A stretch of DNA of 64,000 nt from Sphyrna mokarran (Eukaryota): NCBI GenBank assembly GCA_024679065.1, contig JAGIQG010000040.1:5084001-5148000 (forward strand). Reading direction: 5' to 3'. Positions 26,155 to 38,421 of the stretch are shown here, piece by piece (within the stretch, counting starts at the first letter, position 1; every line of letters begins with the position of its first letter). The position numbers and the translations under genes were made by a program. The notes beneath the pieces were generated by a model. That model was not told the DNA's origin, ran no database searches, and worked only from the letters and a program-made list of their open reading frames with translations.

Positions 26155-26463
26155 ATTCTTCCCAGTGCCATGATTCCACAGTGACGATACGGCCGCCCCC
26201 AATAGAGCAGGTCTTACTGGAGGCGACAGTGACCTTAACCTGCATCATTTCCAATGCTCCTTATGGAGGCAACGTGTCCTGGATCCAAGACAGGAATTAC
26301 CTGAAATCAGAGATTGCAGAAAAGCCCGGAGAGGATCCTGACAGCGTGATCAGCAACTTAAACATCTCGACACAATCCTGGCTGAGTGGGATTGTGTTTG
26401 AGTGCGTGGTGAGCCATCAGGATCTGCCGACTCCTTTAAGAAAATCCATCCACAAGGAAACAG
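26155..26463 (+). CDS. IGHM: IgM constant exon Cmu3
   Basis: [41 protein letters not shown]; acceptor TTTACAG, donor G/GTGAGC; 309 nt. Confidence 0.97.
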
Positions 26464-26484
26464 GTGAGCTGAGAGATTGAAGCA

Positions 26485-27200
26485 GTAAATGTAGCGTCAA
26501 CGGCAGGGTTCTGAGGAATGTGGAGGAACAGAGATATCTTGGGGTTCACATCCATCTCTGAAGGTTGTCACTCAAGCGGATAGATCCGTGAAGAAGGCTT
26601 ATTTTGTGTTCGCGTTTATTACCAGCGGGTTTGAGTTTAAGAGCCGTGGGGTTATGCTGCAACTATACCGGACCACATTTGGAATATTGTGTGCAGTTCT
26701 AGTCGCCTCACTGTAAAAAGCATATGGAAGCATTGGAGAGAGTGCAGAGGAGATTTACCAGGCAGGTTTGGAGGGTAGGTCTTATGAGGAAAGGTTGAGG
26801 GAGCTGGGGCTTTTCTCTTTAGAGCGGAGGAGGATGAGAGGCGACTTAATAGAGGTTTATAAGATGATGAGGGGGATAGATAGAGTGGACATGCAGAGAC
26901 TATTTCATTGGGTGGATGTAGCTGTTACTAAGGGGCATAACTTTACAGTTCATGGTGGGAGATACAGGGGAGATACCCGAGGTAGAATCATTACCCAGAG
27001 AGTGGTTGGGGTGTGGAATGCACTGCCTGCTGTGATAGTGGAGTTGGACACTTTAGGAACTTTCAAGCGGTTATTAGATAGGCACATGGAGCACATCAGA
27101 ATGATAGGGAGTGGAATAGCTTGATTTTGGGTTTGGACATAGCTCGGCACAACATTGAGGGCCGAAGGGCCTGTGCTATGCTGTACTGTTCTATATTTCT
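26485..27200 (+). mobile_element. 5'-truncated CR1 LINE in the Cmu3-Cmu4 intron
   Basis: MEGRSYEERLRELGLFSLERRRMRGDLIEVYK; 3' end GGCCGAAGGGCCTGTGCTATGCTGTACTGTTCTAT. Confidence 0.92.
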
Positions 27201-27668
27201 ATATAAATGCATCACAGTGAGTATCTCCAGTGGAAGATTTAATATTCAGTATTCAGTGCATTAATGGTCTCCCATTGAATGGAAACTCGAATAACTAAAA
27301 GACACTGGGCCGGTCGATATTTTTACGGGGAAGTTTGATGTGTTGATGAATGAAAAGTGAATTGAAGGTGATGTTATTGGGTTTAGATCGAAAAAGAAGG
27401 AAGGAGCCTGATGTGGAGCATAAAACCAGAAAACCAAAATGAAAAGTAGATCAGTTGAGCCAAATTCTATACTGTAAACTTTCTGAAATTTTCCAGTCCA
27501 ATCCCCTAGTTATTTGAGAAAACAATTGTGTTCACCTCCCTCCAAGCTGGAAATCAATAATAGAAACATTTAAAATCAAAAGAAAAGCATTTTCCTGATA
27601 TCTAACCAGCGGTTTGATTGTCCCCAGAGTTCTCCAGTTTATTGACATTTATTGTACATTTTCTGCAG

Positions 27669-28060
27669 ATCCAAATCCGCGAGAACCGATCGTCTCTGTC
27701 CTCCTGCCCTTGGCAGAAGAAGTCTCCGCTCAGAGATTCGTCTCCCTCAGCTGCTTAGTGAGACGTTTCTCCCCCCGAGAGATCTTCGTCAAGTGGACCG
27801 TCAACGACAAGCCGCTGAATCCCAAGAACTACAGGAACACCGAGGTGGTGGCGGAGAACGACAATAACTCCTTCTTCATGTACAGCCTCTTATCCATTGC
27901 AGCAGAGGAATGGTCCAGCGGCGCTTCTTACTCCTGTGTGGTGGGACATGAAGCCATCCCCTTGAAGATCATCAACAGAACGGTTGACAAATCCAGCGGT
28001 AAACCCAGTTTTGTGAACATTTCTCTTGCACTGATGGACACTGTTAATTCATGTCAATGA
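27669..28060 (+). CDS. IGHM: IgM constant exon Cmu4 plus secretory tailpiece (internal donor at 27998/27999 for the membrane form)
   Basis: [58 protein letters not shown] with penultimate Cys and NIS glycosylation site. Confidence 0.98.
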
Positions 28061-28087
28061 GAATCACTCGGTTACATTAAAAACCTC

Positions 28088-28102
28088 AATAAAAATAATA
28101 AA
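28088..28102 (+). terminator. Polyadenylation signals for secreted mu
   Basis: AATAAA at 28088-28093 and 28097-28102, about 30-40 nt after the stop. Confidence 0.75.
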
Positions 28103-29129
28103 ATCTTTTTCTTCTAACGACAAACGAAATTCCCAATTCCTTAATTGATTGTTTTCCAGTTTTTCTTCCTTAGAGATCTTTAGTTTGAGTCAGATATTGT
28201 CAGGTCTCTGGCCCAAGTCTTGTTGAGCCAGTGCGCCCAGCTCAGTACACCCAGATACAGTAGACCACATTCATTACAGAATTCTGCAAAATATCTTCAC
28301 CGACTTTCCTCCTGCTGAGGAGGAATCAGACAATTTCAACAAACACAATATTTAGATCTCGGTGTTCCTGCTTCTCTCATTGTCCATGCCTTTATCCATT
28401 AATGTCAGCTTTAAGCTGCTGCACCAAACCCACTGGGAACTGAAGTGAGGATCACACAGAAACATGGAGCAACAATCCCCCAGTCAGAGAGAGGGAGAGT
28501 GAAATTGTTAATATACCGGATTCCCACTCACCCAACAAAGAGAATGGAGAAGCAATAGCTAACACATGCAACACCACTTCCTCAATGAAAATTCCTCAAT
28601 GAATGTCATTATTTATCCACTGCACCTTCACCTCCTCAGTGGTTAGAACCATTAGGGACATTGCTTCACTGGGTAGAGAGAGCTCACTCTCCTCCCTCTC
28701 CCCAAGTAATGTGTTTGGAAGGGAGCGGCTCCCTACAATAAGGACTCAGTTGTTAACAATACAAATTAACTTCTGGTTTGCTTGCTGCAGATTTGGAAAT
28801 ATCATTATTTTAATCAGTGTAATATATATACTTTTGCAGCATAATTTTAAAATATTTCAAAACTCTTGTTCCTGTTAAAGATTTGTTGGCATTGATTTCC
28901 CTTAACACAAATTTAAACAGGTGATTAAATGCTCCCCGGTTTTTACTCTTCTGTCCCTGAGGTTTGTGAGGTGCATGAATGAATGATTTCACTCGTTCTC
29001 CTGATACCACCGTGCCACTCACATAAAATAAATTTATACCGCAAACACTGAAAATATGTTCCCTTATCCGTATAGACTGGATCATGTTCAATTAATGATT
29101 ACCGATGAAACTTGGAACAACAGTTAAAA

Positions 29130-29564
29130 AATACACACACAGATAATACTGCACAAAACTGTCACAATTATAAATACACATATAGGCGTTCACACACACA
29201 TTGACACGAATGCACAAATACACGCACAACTACACATACTCATACATATGCACACAACAAATACAGAAAGATACATGTAAATATACACACACAAACTCAT
29301 GCACATACCCTCCACACACACATACATATACAGAAATATGGGCGCACATTCAAATACAGACACAGAATCACACTAATGCACATCACACACAATAAAGCAT
29401 AGATAGGTGCAAATACATATTCACGGACCAGAATATAAGCAGAAACGAACACAAACAAGCACGCTCACATAAATAGACTCGTGGACAACGAACAAAGATA
29501 CACGCATACGCAAATATACACAGGCAAGTACACCATTCACAGGCTCACACATACACATTATCTT

Positions 29565-29605
<41 letters not shown>

Positions 29606-30520
29606 TGTGCACACACCTATATTCGCACATGCACACATCAACACGTAGGCACAAGAGCAAAAACGTGCACACAAATTATCAAATATGTAAAAACGCACAC
29701 ACATATACGCAGGCAAACACACAAGTATGCACACACCTTTGCAAAAGTAACTAGGTACACAGACCAGAACATAAACATACATATGCATACACACAATAAA
29801 AACAGATACACACGCATGCAGGTCCACACACCTATACAAACACACACATACATCCAAACAAATAAATGTTATCACACGTTCACGCTGATGGGAATATAGA
29901 CAATAGAGACACACAATGTTATACACATTAACACTCATACAGGGAAATACACATACACACATTAACAGACTGCATAGAGATGAAGACAGCAAAATATTTT
30001 CATGCAAACATGTGGATGCAAGCATTCACATGCTCATACCGAACAGAACACCATAACACACATTACCAGACCGAAGAGACATCATAGCACACGTTACTAC
30101 ACGTGGAAACATAAGCATATATTATCACATCGTTATAAATAACTAGCAACACGGATGTACATGCACTAACATGTTGACAGATAAGCAACAAACACACGGA
30201 GTAACAGACACACACAGAAAGGGAAGGAATCATTACACGAGTGACAGAAATTAACACATTGAAATAGGCAGGAACACGTGCACACGTTAAGAGTGGTATT
30301 AATAAATATACAGAGATTTCACACAGTAATAGTCATATATTCACAAAGTCAGGAGAATAAAATATATATACAGATGCAGACACACAACTGCACAAATCAA
30401 CAAACACGGGCAAATGAACATGTACATTAACCCCGATACACACATATTAACTCAGAACCAAAGATTAATGCAGACCATGAGATGCCCATACACACACACA
30501 CAAACGCAAATTCGTAAATA
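29130..30520. repeat. Degenerate (CA)n/(TACA)n low-complexity region
   Basis: Long CA-rich tract with a (CT)n(CA)n core at ~29565-29605. Confidence 0.85.
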
Positions 30521-31074
30521 CAAACGGCAGATAAATGATGAAAGTAAAACTCAAAGATGAATTTTAATGAACATATCCACCGATAACTATCCCAATCTAC
30601 ATTGCATCGACAAACACTTTGAGAAACTGAATTAAGCCAGAGATCTATTACCATTTCCACCATAAATAAGAAAAGATCAGAAACTACATCCCAGCTCTTA
30701 AACAACAGCATTCATAGTTTATAGATCAGTCACCATCAACAATCATTGATCAGTGAACATCCCTCAATATCAGTCATAACATTCTTCAATAAGGGATGGT
30801 GGCAAATAGTTCGGAAATGAACTGACACTCAAAAAAACATCTTCAGTGCTTTCTGACATGGACTGTCCAAGGAATATCAATAAATATCAGGTGTGAAAGT
30901 AATTACAGAGATCGGTTACTGAGTGTCCTGAATTTAACAGCAGACAAACATTGAAAATTATACAAGAGAATGAATTAACAGCTTATGAAAGAGAACAAGG
31001 AAAAGAAAAATAACAATAAGATTCCCTGGATCAATAAAGTAATCGAATTTCATTTCTTGGTCTCTGTCCCCTAG

Positions 31075-31202
31075 ACCCCACCGATCGGATCTGGATTGAA
31101 GACAGTGAGGACGATAACAGCAACATCTGGACAACCGCTTCCACATTCATCGTCCTGTTCTTCCTGAGCATTTTCTACAGCACCGCAGTCACTCTGGTGA
31201 AG
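31075..31202 (+). CDS. IGHM: IgM transmembrane exon TM1 (not in the ORF track)
   Basis: Acceptor CCCCTAG; (D)[42 protein letters not shown] with the CART motif; donor AAG/GTGAGA. Confidence 0.97.
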
Positions 31203-31341
31203 GTGAGATGATTCAATTCACTCACATTTCAAACTAGCAGAATGGATTTGAAAATCTCTCCATGTTTCACTGATTAAAAACTCCAATATTACTGTCCTGC
31301 ATCATAAACATCTCCTTCATTATTGTATCTTTCTTTTACAG

Positions 31342-31350
31342 ATCAAGTGA
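31342..31350 (+). CDS. IGHM: IgM TM2 exon (IK*)
   Basis: TTTCTTTTACAG/ATC AAG TGA gives a KIK cytoplasmic tail. AATAAA occurs at 31444 and 31781. Confidence 0.9.
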   Translation: MK

Positions 31351-32691
31351 TGGGTTGAATTTTGGACGCTGCCGATTTCCCTCAGCTGATTACCAAGATC
31401 TCTGGATGGCTCGCATACAATATCTGCTCTTGGTGACTCTATCAATAAAATTCTCTCAGTTTATCATTCTGAATCTGTAACTGAAGCAATCAAGGACATT
31501 ATTTCAGGTTTCAGTGTGAAACATTTTTTCTTATAAAATAATTATGGTTAATAGTTACCCCATAGTTTAATTATCATGTATAAATAAGAAACGTTTCTCA
31601 CTCCTTATTCTTAATTATTCTTTCTTTAAGGTCCTGTTTTCAGTTTCTGATGTATGTAACATGTGTATAAATATTGACGGATTCCATGTGTGTGTGTTCT
31701 GTTCTCAATGTGAAGCTCAATCATTATATTCACTTTTCTAACTTTAAAATGTCGCTATAAAATATTCTCTGAATTTTTAAAATAAATACTGAATGAAAAT
31801 TTAACCATCTCTGGCTTGGCTTAATTCCGTTTTCCAATACTCACCAACTCCGCTCCATTTTCCCTATTCCCGGATTCCCCGCCTTGCCCAGACAGGCATC
31901 TTCTCCCAGTCACGGGTGAGATGTGGTTGAACTCAAGGCCGTTCAGTGAAAGGGTCACTCCGCCACCCAGTGGCCTTTCCGTGTAAAGACACCCTCATCT
32001 CTGCCTTTTTTAAGATGAAACCGAGGGACTGAATGAGTGAAGAATGAGGAGAACCTCGGTGATTTCATTCATAAATTGATCTGTTGTTGACTGGGTTACA
32101 AATAATTCTAAAAAGCAAGGGCTTTCCTTCATCAGAGGCCGATGCAGGGTAGTGCGTGGCAGAAGGTAGGTTTTTTAAGGGACAGTGTGAAGGAGACTAT
32201 CAGAGTCGCTGCAGCACGGGTTAACAGCGTGAATCTCCCTATATTTTGTCCGGTGAAATACTGACAAGGCAGGCATGCCACAAGCTAGATAGAGAACATA
32301 TACAGAACAGAGGTGCAAACCATGGGGTGAAACCAAGAGACTGAGATATATTTGACATAAGCACATTCTAGATTATAAATTTTCAAATCATGACGAGTGT
32401 TGTGGGATAATTTGAGATGACCAATACTGTCTTTAACTACAGACAAAACTCACGAGGCAGATATCTCTGTGTAAGGAGGAAACATTTATTTAAAACAAAA
32501 ACACAAAAAGCAGCTGCTTGGAGATGACCAAAAGGGTTATGTAGCTCTGGAACAGGGCGGCAGAACATTTCCGATGCATCTGACGTCTACCATCAATAAC
32601 AGATCAATTATAGAATTTTCGTACCGATCATTTCTGCCTCATATTAGTTTAAACATCAATTACATTCAGTTAACATACATCAATAATAATT

Positions 32692-35600
32692 CAAAGAACA
32701 AAGAACAAAACAGCAGGGGAAACAGGCCCTTCGGCTCAACGAGCCCGTGACGCCACCCCGATGTTCCCACCTCTACCCGTGATCCCTGTCTATGTTTATA
32801 GATCTATGGATTAAGAACCAAATTTGAGACAATTTAGGGAGAATTTGTTTTGCCAATTAGCCGAAGTGCACATCTTTGGGATGGGGGAGGAAACCGGAGC
32901 ACCCGGAGAAAACCCACGCAAGCGCGGGGAGAATGCGCAAACTCCCACAGACACAGGCCCAAATCCATGTATATACACAGCACAGCGATAGTCACTGAGC
33001 TGTCGTGTTGCCCATCAAATGGTCCGGGTCAAGCGTACACTAACGACGTGGAGCACTAGGATACTTTCGAAAAAAAATCCAAGAGCAGCCGTCTCACGAC
33101 GCATCGCGTGTATGCCCCTCGTTAGACAACAAGGTGGACCAAAGCACCTGTAGGATAAAAACAAGTACATCAACATCATCATCTATTTATACACTTCCCA
33201 AGGACTCCCAAGGCTCATGATCCCTATTTTAAATCAGTTTTCTATACCCCTCTATTCCCATTCTGATCATGTGCCCATTTAAGCATTTCTTAAATAACTC
33301 CAGAGTGCCTGCCTCCACCACTTTACTTGGCAGCGCATTCCATACCCCCACCATTCTCTGTGTGAAAAAACTCCCTCTAGCATCCAAATTATATCTTACC
33401 CCCTCACCCTAAGCCCGTGACCCCTCGTGCTATTCGAGTCCATTCTAGGAAAAACCTTAACCCTGTTTACTCTATCTATACCCCTCAAAATCTTGTACAC
33501 CTCTATTAGATCTCCTCTAAGTCTACGTCTTTCTAAGGAAAGCAGTCCTAATTTGCCGAACCTCTCCTCGTAACTTAGACCTTCCATACAAGGCAGCATC
33601 CTGGTGAACTTCCTCTGCACTCTCTCCAGAGTCTCCACGTCCTTCCGGTAGTAAGGCGACCAGAACTGGACGCAGTATTCCAAATGAGGTCTAACCAACA
33701 TTTTGTACAACTGCAACATTAAAGGCCAGCTCTTGTACTCTATACCCCTTCCTATAAAGGCTAGCATACCACATGCTTTCTTCACAACCTTCTCCACCTG
33801 CTCTGCCACCTTCAGAGACTTGTGCACCTGCACCCCCAGGTCCCTCTGCGTTTCTATACTCTTAATAGGTCTACCCTTTATCATATACCTCCCCCCTACA
33901 TTCTTTCTCCCAAAATGCATCATCTCGCATTTATCAGGATTGAATTCCATCTGCCATCTATCTGCCCAAGCTACCAGCCTATCAATGTCCTGCTGCATCG
34001 CCTGACAATGCTCCTCACTATCCGCAAGTCCAGCCATCTTTGTATCGTCTGCAAACTTGCTGATCACTCCACTTACTCCCTCTTCCAAGTCATTTATATA
34101 TATATTACAAATAGAAAAGGTCCCAATACCGAGCCCTGCAGCACACCACTAGTGACCGACCTCCAGCTAGAAAAACACCCTTCCACTATTACTCTCTGTC
34201 TCCTATTACTAAGCCAGTTATTTATCCATCTAGCTACCTGTCCTTGTATCCCATGAGTCTTGACCTTCTCAACTAACCTCCCATGAGGGACTTTGTCAAA
34301 CGCCTTACTGGAATCTATATAGACGACATCAATGGCTTGCCCTTCATCGACTGTTTTCATCACCTCCACAAAAAATTCTACCAGATTTGTAAGGCACGAC
34401 CTCCCCTTAACAAAGCCATGCTGCATATCCCTAATCAGATCGCAACGCTCTGAGTGCCTATACATCCTACATCTAAGAATCCCCTCCAACATCTTCCCCA
34501 CCACTGACATCAAGCTCACCAGCCTATAATTTTTCCTGGGTTATCCCTACTACCCTTTTTAAACAACGGTGCAACATTAGCTATTCTCCAGTCTTCTGGG
34601 ACCTCGACTTTGTCTAAAGAAGAGACAAAGATTTGCATCAGAGGCCCAGCAATTTCACCTCGCACCTCCCTCAGCAGCCTGGGATAAATGCCATTAGGCC
34701 CCGGAGATTTATCAGTTTTAATGCTACCTAGAAGCTCTAACACTTCTTCTCTCAGTATGGATATTTCCCTCAACTGGTCTACAGCTCCCTCAGAGACAGG
34801 AGCTGTCAACAAGCCCCTCTCCTTCGTGAATATCGACGCAAAGTATTCATTCAGGATCTCTGCCATTCCCTCGGGCTCTAAGCACAGTTCCCCTCCTCTG
34901 TCCCTAAGAGGTCCGATTTTTCCTCTAACCACCCTTTTATTCCTAACATAGGAGTAAAAAGCCTTTGGATTTTCCTTAATCCTATCCACCAAAACCATTT
35001 CATGCTCCCTTTTTGCCCTTCTAACTCCTGTTTGAGGTCCTATATTCTCTAAATTCCTCCAACGCTGTCTCCGTTCCCAAATGCTTTGACGTATCATACG
35101 CCTTTCTTTTCTTCCTAACCAAGTCCTCGATATCCCTAGTAATCCACGGCTCTCTAATCCTATCTTTCCCAACTTTCCTCTTAGCCGGCACATATCTTTC
35201 TTGCAACATTTTCAGTATTCCTTTGAAAGAATCCCACATGCCTAGCGTGGACTTACCCTCGAACAACCGTTCCCAATCAGTTTCCATAAGTTCCTGTCCA
35301 ATCCGACAGTAGTTAGCCTTCCCCCAGTTCAGCACCCTGCCCCTAGGGCAACAAGCATCCTTTTCCATCTGTATCCTAAAGTAGACAGAATTGTGGTCAC
35401 TGTTAGCCACATGTTCCCCTACTACAACATCGACCACCTGCCCTGGCTCATTACTCAGAACTAAATCCAATATAACCCCCTCTCTAGTCGGGCTAGCCAC
35501 ATACTGCTCCAACGATCCTTCCAGTACACATTTTACAAATTCCTCCCCGTCCAAACCCCCAGCTCTAAGTACCTTCCAATCCACCCTAGGGAGATTAAAA

Positions 35601-36330
35601 TCTCCCACTATAACGACTCTGTTCTTTCTGCACCTATCCAAAATGTCTTTACATACGCCTTCTTCAACTACCTGCGGGCTGTTGGGTGGCCTATAATACA
35701 CCCCTAGCATACGCCCCCTTTCTATTCCTCAACTCCACCCACAGCGACTCCACTCCTAACTCCTCTGTATTTTCCTCCCTCTGCACCGCTGCGATGCTCT
35801 CCCTAAGTAACAACGCCACTTCCCCACCTCTTCTGGACCCTCCTCTGTCACGCCCGAAACACTTATGCCCAGGAATATTCAGCTGCCACTGCTCCCCTTC
35901 CTTTAACCACGTCTCCGTCACTGCAACCACATCCAAATTCCTCGCAAACATTAAGGCCCTAAGTTCATCCGTTTTTCCTTTTACGCTCCTCGCATTGAAA
36001 CAGACGCACTCCAGACCTCCAAGCCCACTCGGAACCTCTTTCTCCCTGGTGTATTTCTTCTCATCCAAGCTTACTCTATCTCCCATCTCGCTCTCTACCG
36101 AGCTATCAGTCTCAGCCCCCCTTCCCTCCATATTAGTTTAAAGCCTGCCGAAACACACCAGCTAACTTCCCAGCTAAGATATTCACTCCCTTCCCATTTA
36201 AGTGTTCCCCGTCCCTTCTATACAAGTGCCCTTCTTTCACAAATACTTCCCAGTTATCCACAAATATGAAACCCTCTGCCCTACACCAGTCCTTCAGCCA
36301 TATGCTAACACACAATAAGTCCCTGGTTCT
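32692..36330 (-). mobile_element. CR1-type LINE, ~3.6 kb: 3' part of ORF1 (SGNH esterase-like), frameshifted ORF2 (APE endonuclease + RT) and long 3' UTR
   Basis: WLKDWC..DGEHLNGKG (ORF1); FNARS, VTETWL, YYRPPNS, GDFN, SDHN (endonuclease); QHGF, QGSVLGP, FADD (RT); (CAAAGAA)n tail. Confidence 0.95.
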
Positions 36331-36976
36331 AAAATCAGGTAGAAACATCAAATGCTTCTCGCTCAGTTTGAGGGACATTTGTAGAATTTAATTTTTTTGC
36401 CCAATCTTAGCTGAATCTGGTAGTTTCCAGGGACATTTATTTGCTCTGACCTGGGCCCCAAAATTAATTCAACAAAATTAGAAGTGCTGAATCTTCGTGG
36501 CACGACCAGAAGAAAATATGAAGTAATGATAGAAAAAAAGGCATACGTTCGGAGAAACAGATAGGGAAGAAGAGTAATAAACATGAGGTAAGGGAATAGT
36601 AGAAATGATGGAGAGACAGGGAGCTAAATATTGGGAAAGACAGTGAGATAAATGGAGGGAAGACGAGGGCGGGAAGGAAAATAGATGAGGATACCGTGAA
36701 GGAATCGTGAAGGGAAAAATTGCATACACAAATAGAGACAAACAATTAGAGAACAAGAGAAGCAGATAGGCAGTGAGATAAATAAAGGAGTACATTGAGA
36801 AAAACAATGGACTAAATGCAATCTGGAATTACAGAAATGGACAGAAAAATAGCTAATATAGTGGACTATGTGATACCGATAGTGTGATTTCCAAGAACAT
36901 CTTGCCACCCTGAGTAACCAAACCAGTAGCATTGTTATTCTTCCCGTACCTACTGCAATACACAAATATGGTGAGG

Positions 36977-36992
36977 CAGCGCCATCTTGCGG
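36977..36992 (-). promoter_or_regulatory. Candidate CTCF (and YY1-like) site upstream of the first TCR V
   Basis: Minus strand CCGCAAGATGGCGCTG is a close match to the CTCF core; plus strand CGCCATCTT. Confidence 0.55.
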
Positions 36993-37835
36993 TGATCTGA
37001 GGTAAATGGTCATTACCCAGAAAATCATCGAATTCTCAAATTACAAAAAGTCGTTGCTGCATGATTACATTACATTATTCTTGTTCATCCCTTTACAATT
37101 ACAATGCAATTAAATGCAGTTGGGCGTATGCATGACAGCTAATCCCAACTTTATTTTAATTGGCATTCGTTTTATTCAATTACTAATAATTAAAAAGCTC
37201 ATTTTAAACATCATGAACTTATCAATATCCCGACAAGTGCCTCCTCTACGTGCCAACACAAGATGTAAATATAACCGTGGATTCACACTCATTTCCTATA
37301 TCCTTTAGTTATTTTCATTCAAATATTTCCATCATAATGTTACCCCGTAAGTTATTCTATTTTATTGTACTTTATCTATTATTTCTTCTCCAATACAATG
37401 AGTAATTTGCTGGACTCGTTGAAATGGGGGACTGGGAGAAATCGGATTTCTAATACTCTGAAATTCAGGGAAAAGGACAGAAAGGGAAGAACGTAGAGGA
37501 AATGTGGAGACACGGTCAGACGTAGGGCAAGGGAGGTAGATACACAGAGGCGGAATGACAGCGTAATAGACATGTCCCAGACGAAGGGAGAGCCGGAGAA
37601 ACCGAAAAATGCAAAGAGAAAGAGAAGTTTAGAATATTAGTCCAGAGCTAACACTGATTGGTGCTTGATGACCATAAGTTCCGAGGGAGCAGCCAATCTT
37701 GTCGCTGGGAAACGCCCCTCAGTTTCTAAATAAGTGAAATTTCCGTTGACATGAATTTCCAATTTAATATCAGAACAGAAATGTCAACATATTTCAAGTA
37801 TTCTTTCATTTCTGCCGAACCCTAAAGCAGACACC

Positions 37836-37881
37836 ATGCGCTCTTCATTCTGGTTGCTGATAGTAATGGTCTTGCAGTCCG
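37836..37881 (+). CDS. TCR alpha/delta V1 leader exon (MRSSFWLLIVMVLQS-G)
   Basis: ACCATG context, hydrophobic core, donor G/GTGAGT; CCAAT boxes upstream. Confidence 0.9.
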
Positions 37882-38071
37882 GTGAGTCAATAAACTCTGA
37901 CAAAGTGTCATCCTGAGTCGAAACGTTATCTCTGTTCTCCCTCTCACACACGTTGTCAGATTTGCTGAAAATTTCCAGCACTGTCTTTGAGCCAATGTTT
38001 AAATGATCAGTGTCTGTCCCATGGGCTGTGTTCGCTCCCAGACATTGAATAACTTCTGTGTTTTGTTACAG

Positions 38072-38381
38072 GGACAAATGCTGAAGATTCAGTGTTGCAA
38101 GATCGATCTGAATTATCGGTTCTGGAAGAACAGAACATAACATTGGTCTGTAAATACTCAGCAGCTTCTCTTCGAACCCTGTTCTGGTACATCCAGTATC
38201 CCGGGCAAATCACACATCCAAGATATGTGATGAAGATATATAACTCGGGCGATACCAATAAGTCTCCGGATTTCCCAGATAGATTCTCGGCTGTTTTACA
38301 CAAAGGAAACAATACTGTCCATTTAAATATCGCCAGGGTTCTTCTATCTAACAGCGCCATGTATTTCTGTGCCATGGAGCC
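38072..38381 (+). CDS. TCR alpha/delta-type V exon V1 (TRAV/TRDV-like), open
   Basis: GTNAEDSVLQDRSELSVLEEQNITLVCKYS..LFWYIQYPG..DRFS..SAMYFCAME; acceptor TTTTGTTACAG. Confidence 0.92.
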
Positions 38382-38421
38382 CACACTGGTGCATAGATAT
38401 AGTGAACCCTGTACAAAAACC
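38382..38421 (+). other. V1 RSS (23-class)
   Basis: CACACTG-24-ACAAAAACC. Confidence 0.8.

Noticed and set aside
29201-30257. Cys/Val-rich and His/Thr-rich ORFs
   Set aside because: Products of (CA)n/(TG)n low-complexity DNA.
12865-31350. IgNAR, IgW, IgM1gj or germline-joined interpretation of the cluster
   Set aside because: Four canonical mu domains including Cmu2, a mu tailpiece, a conventional VH and unjoined V, D, D, J with intact RSS.
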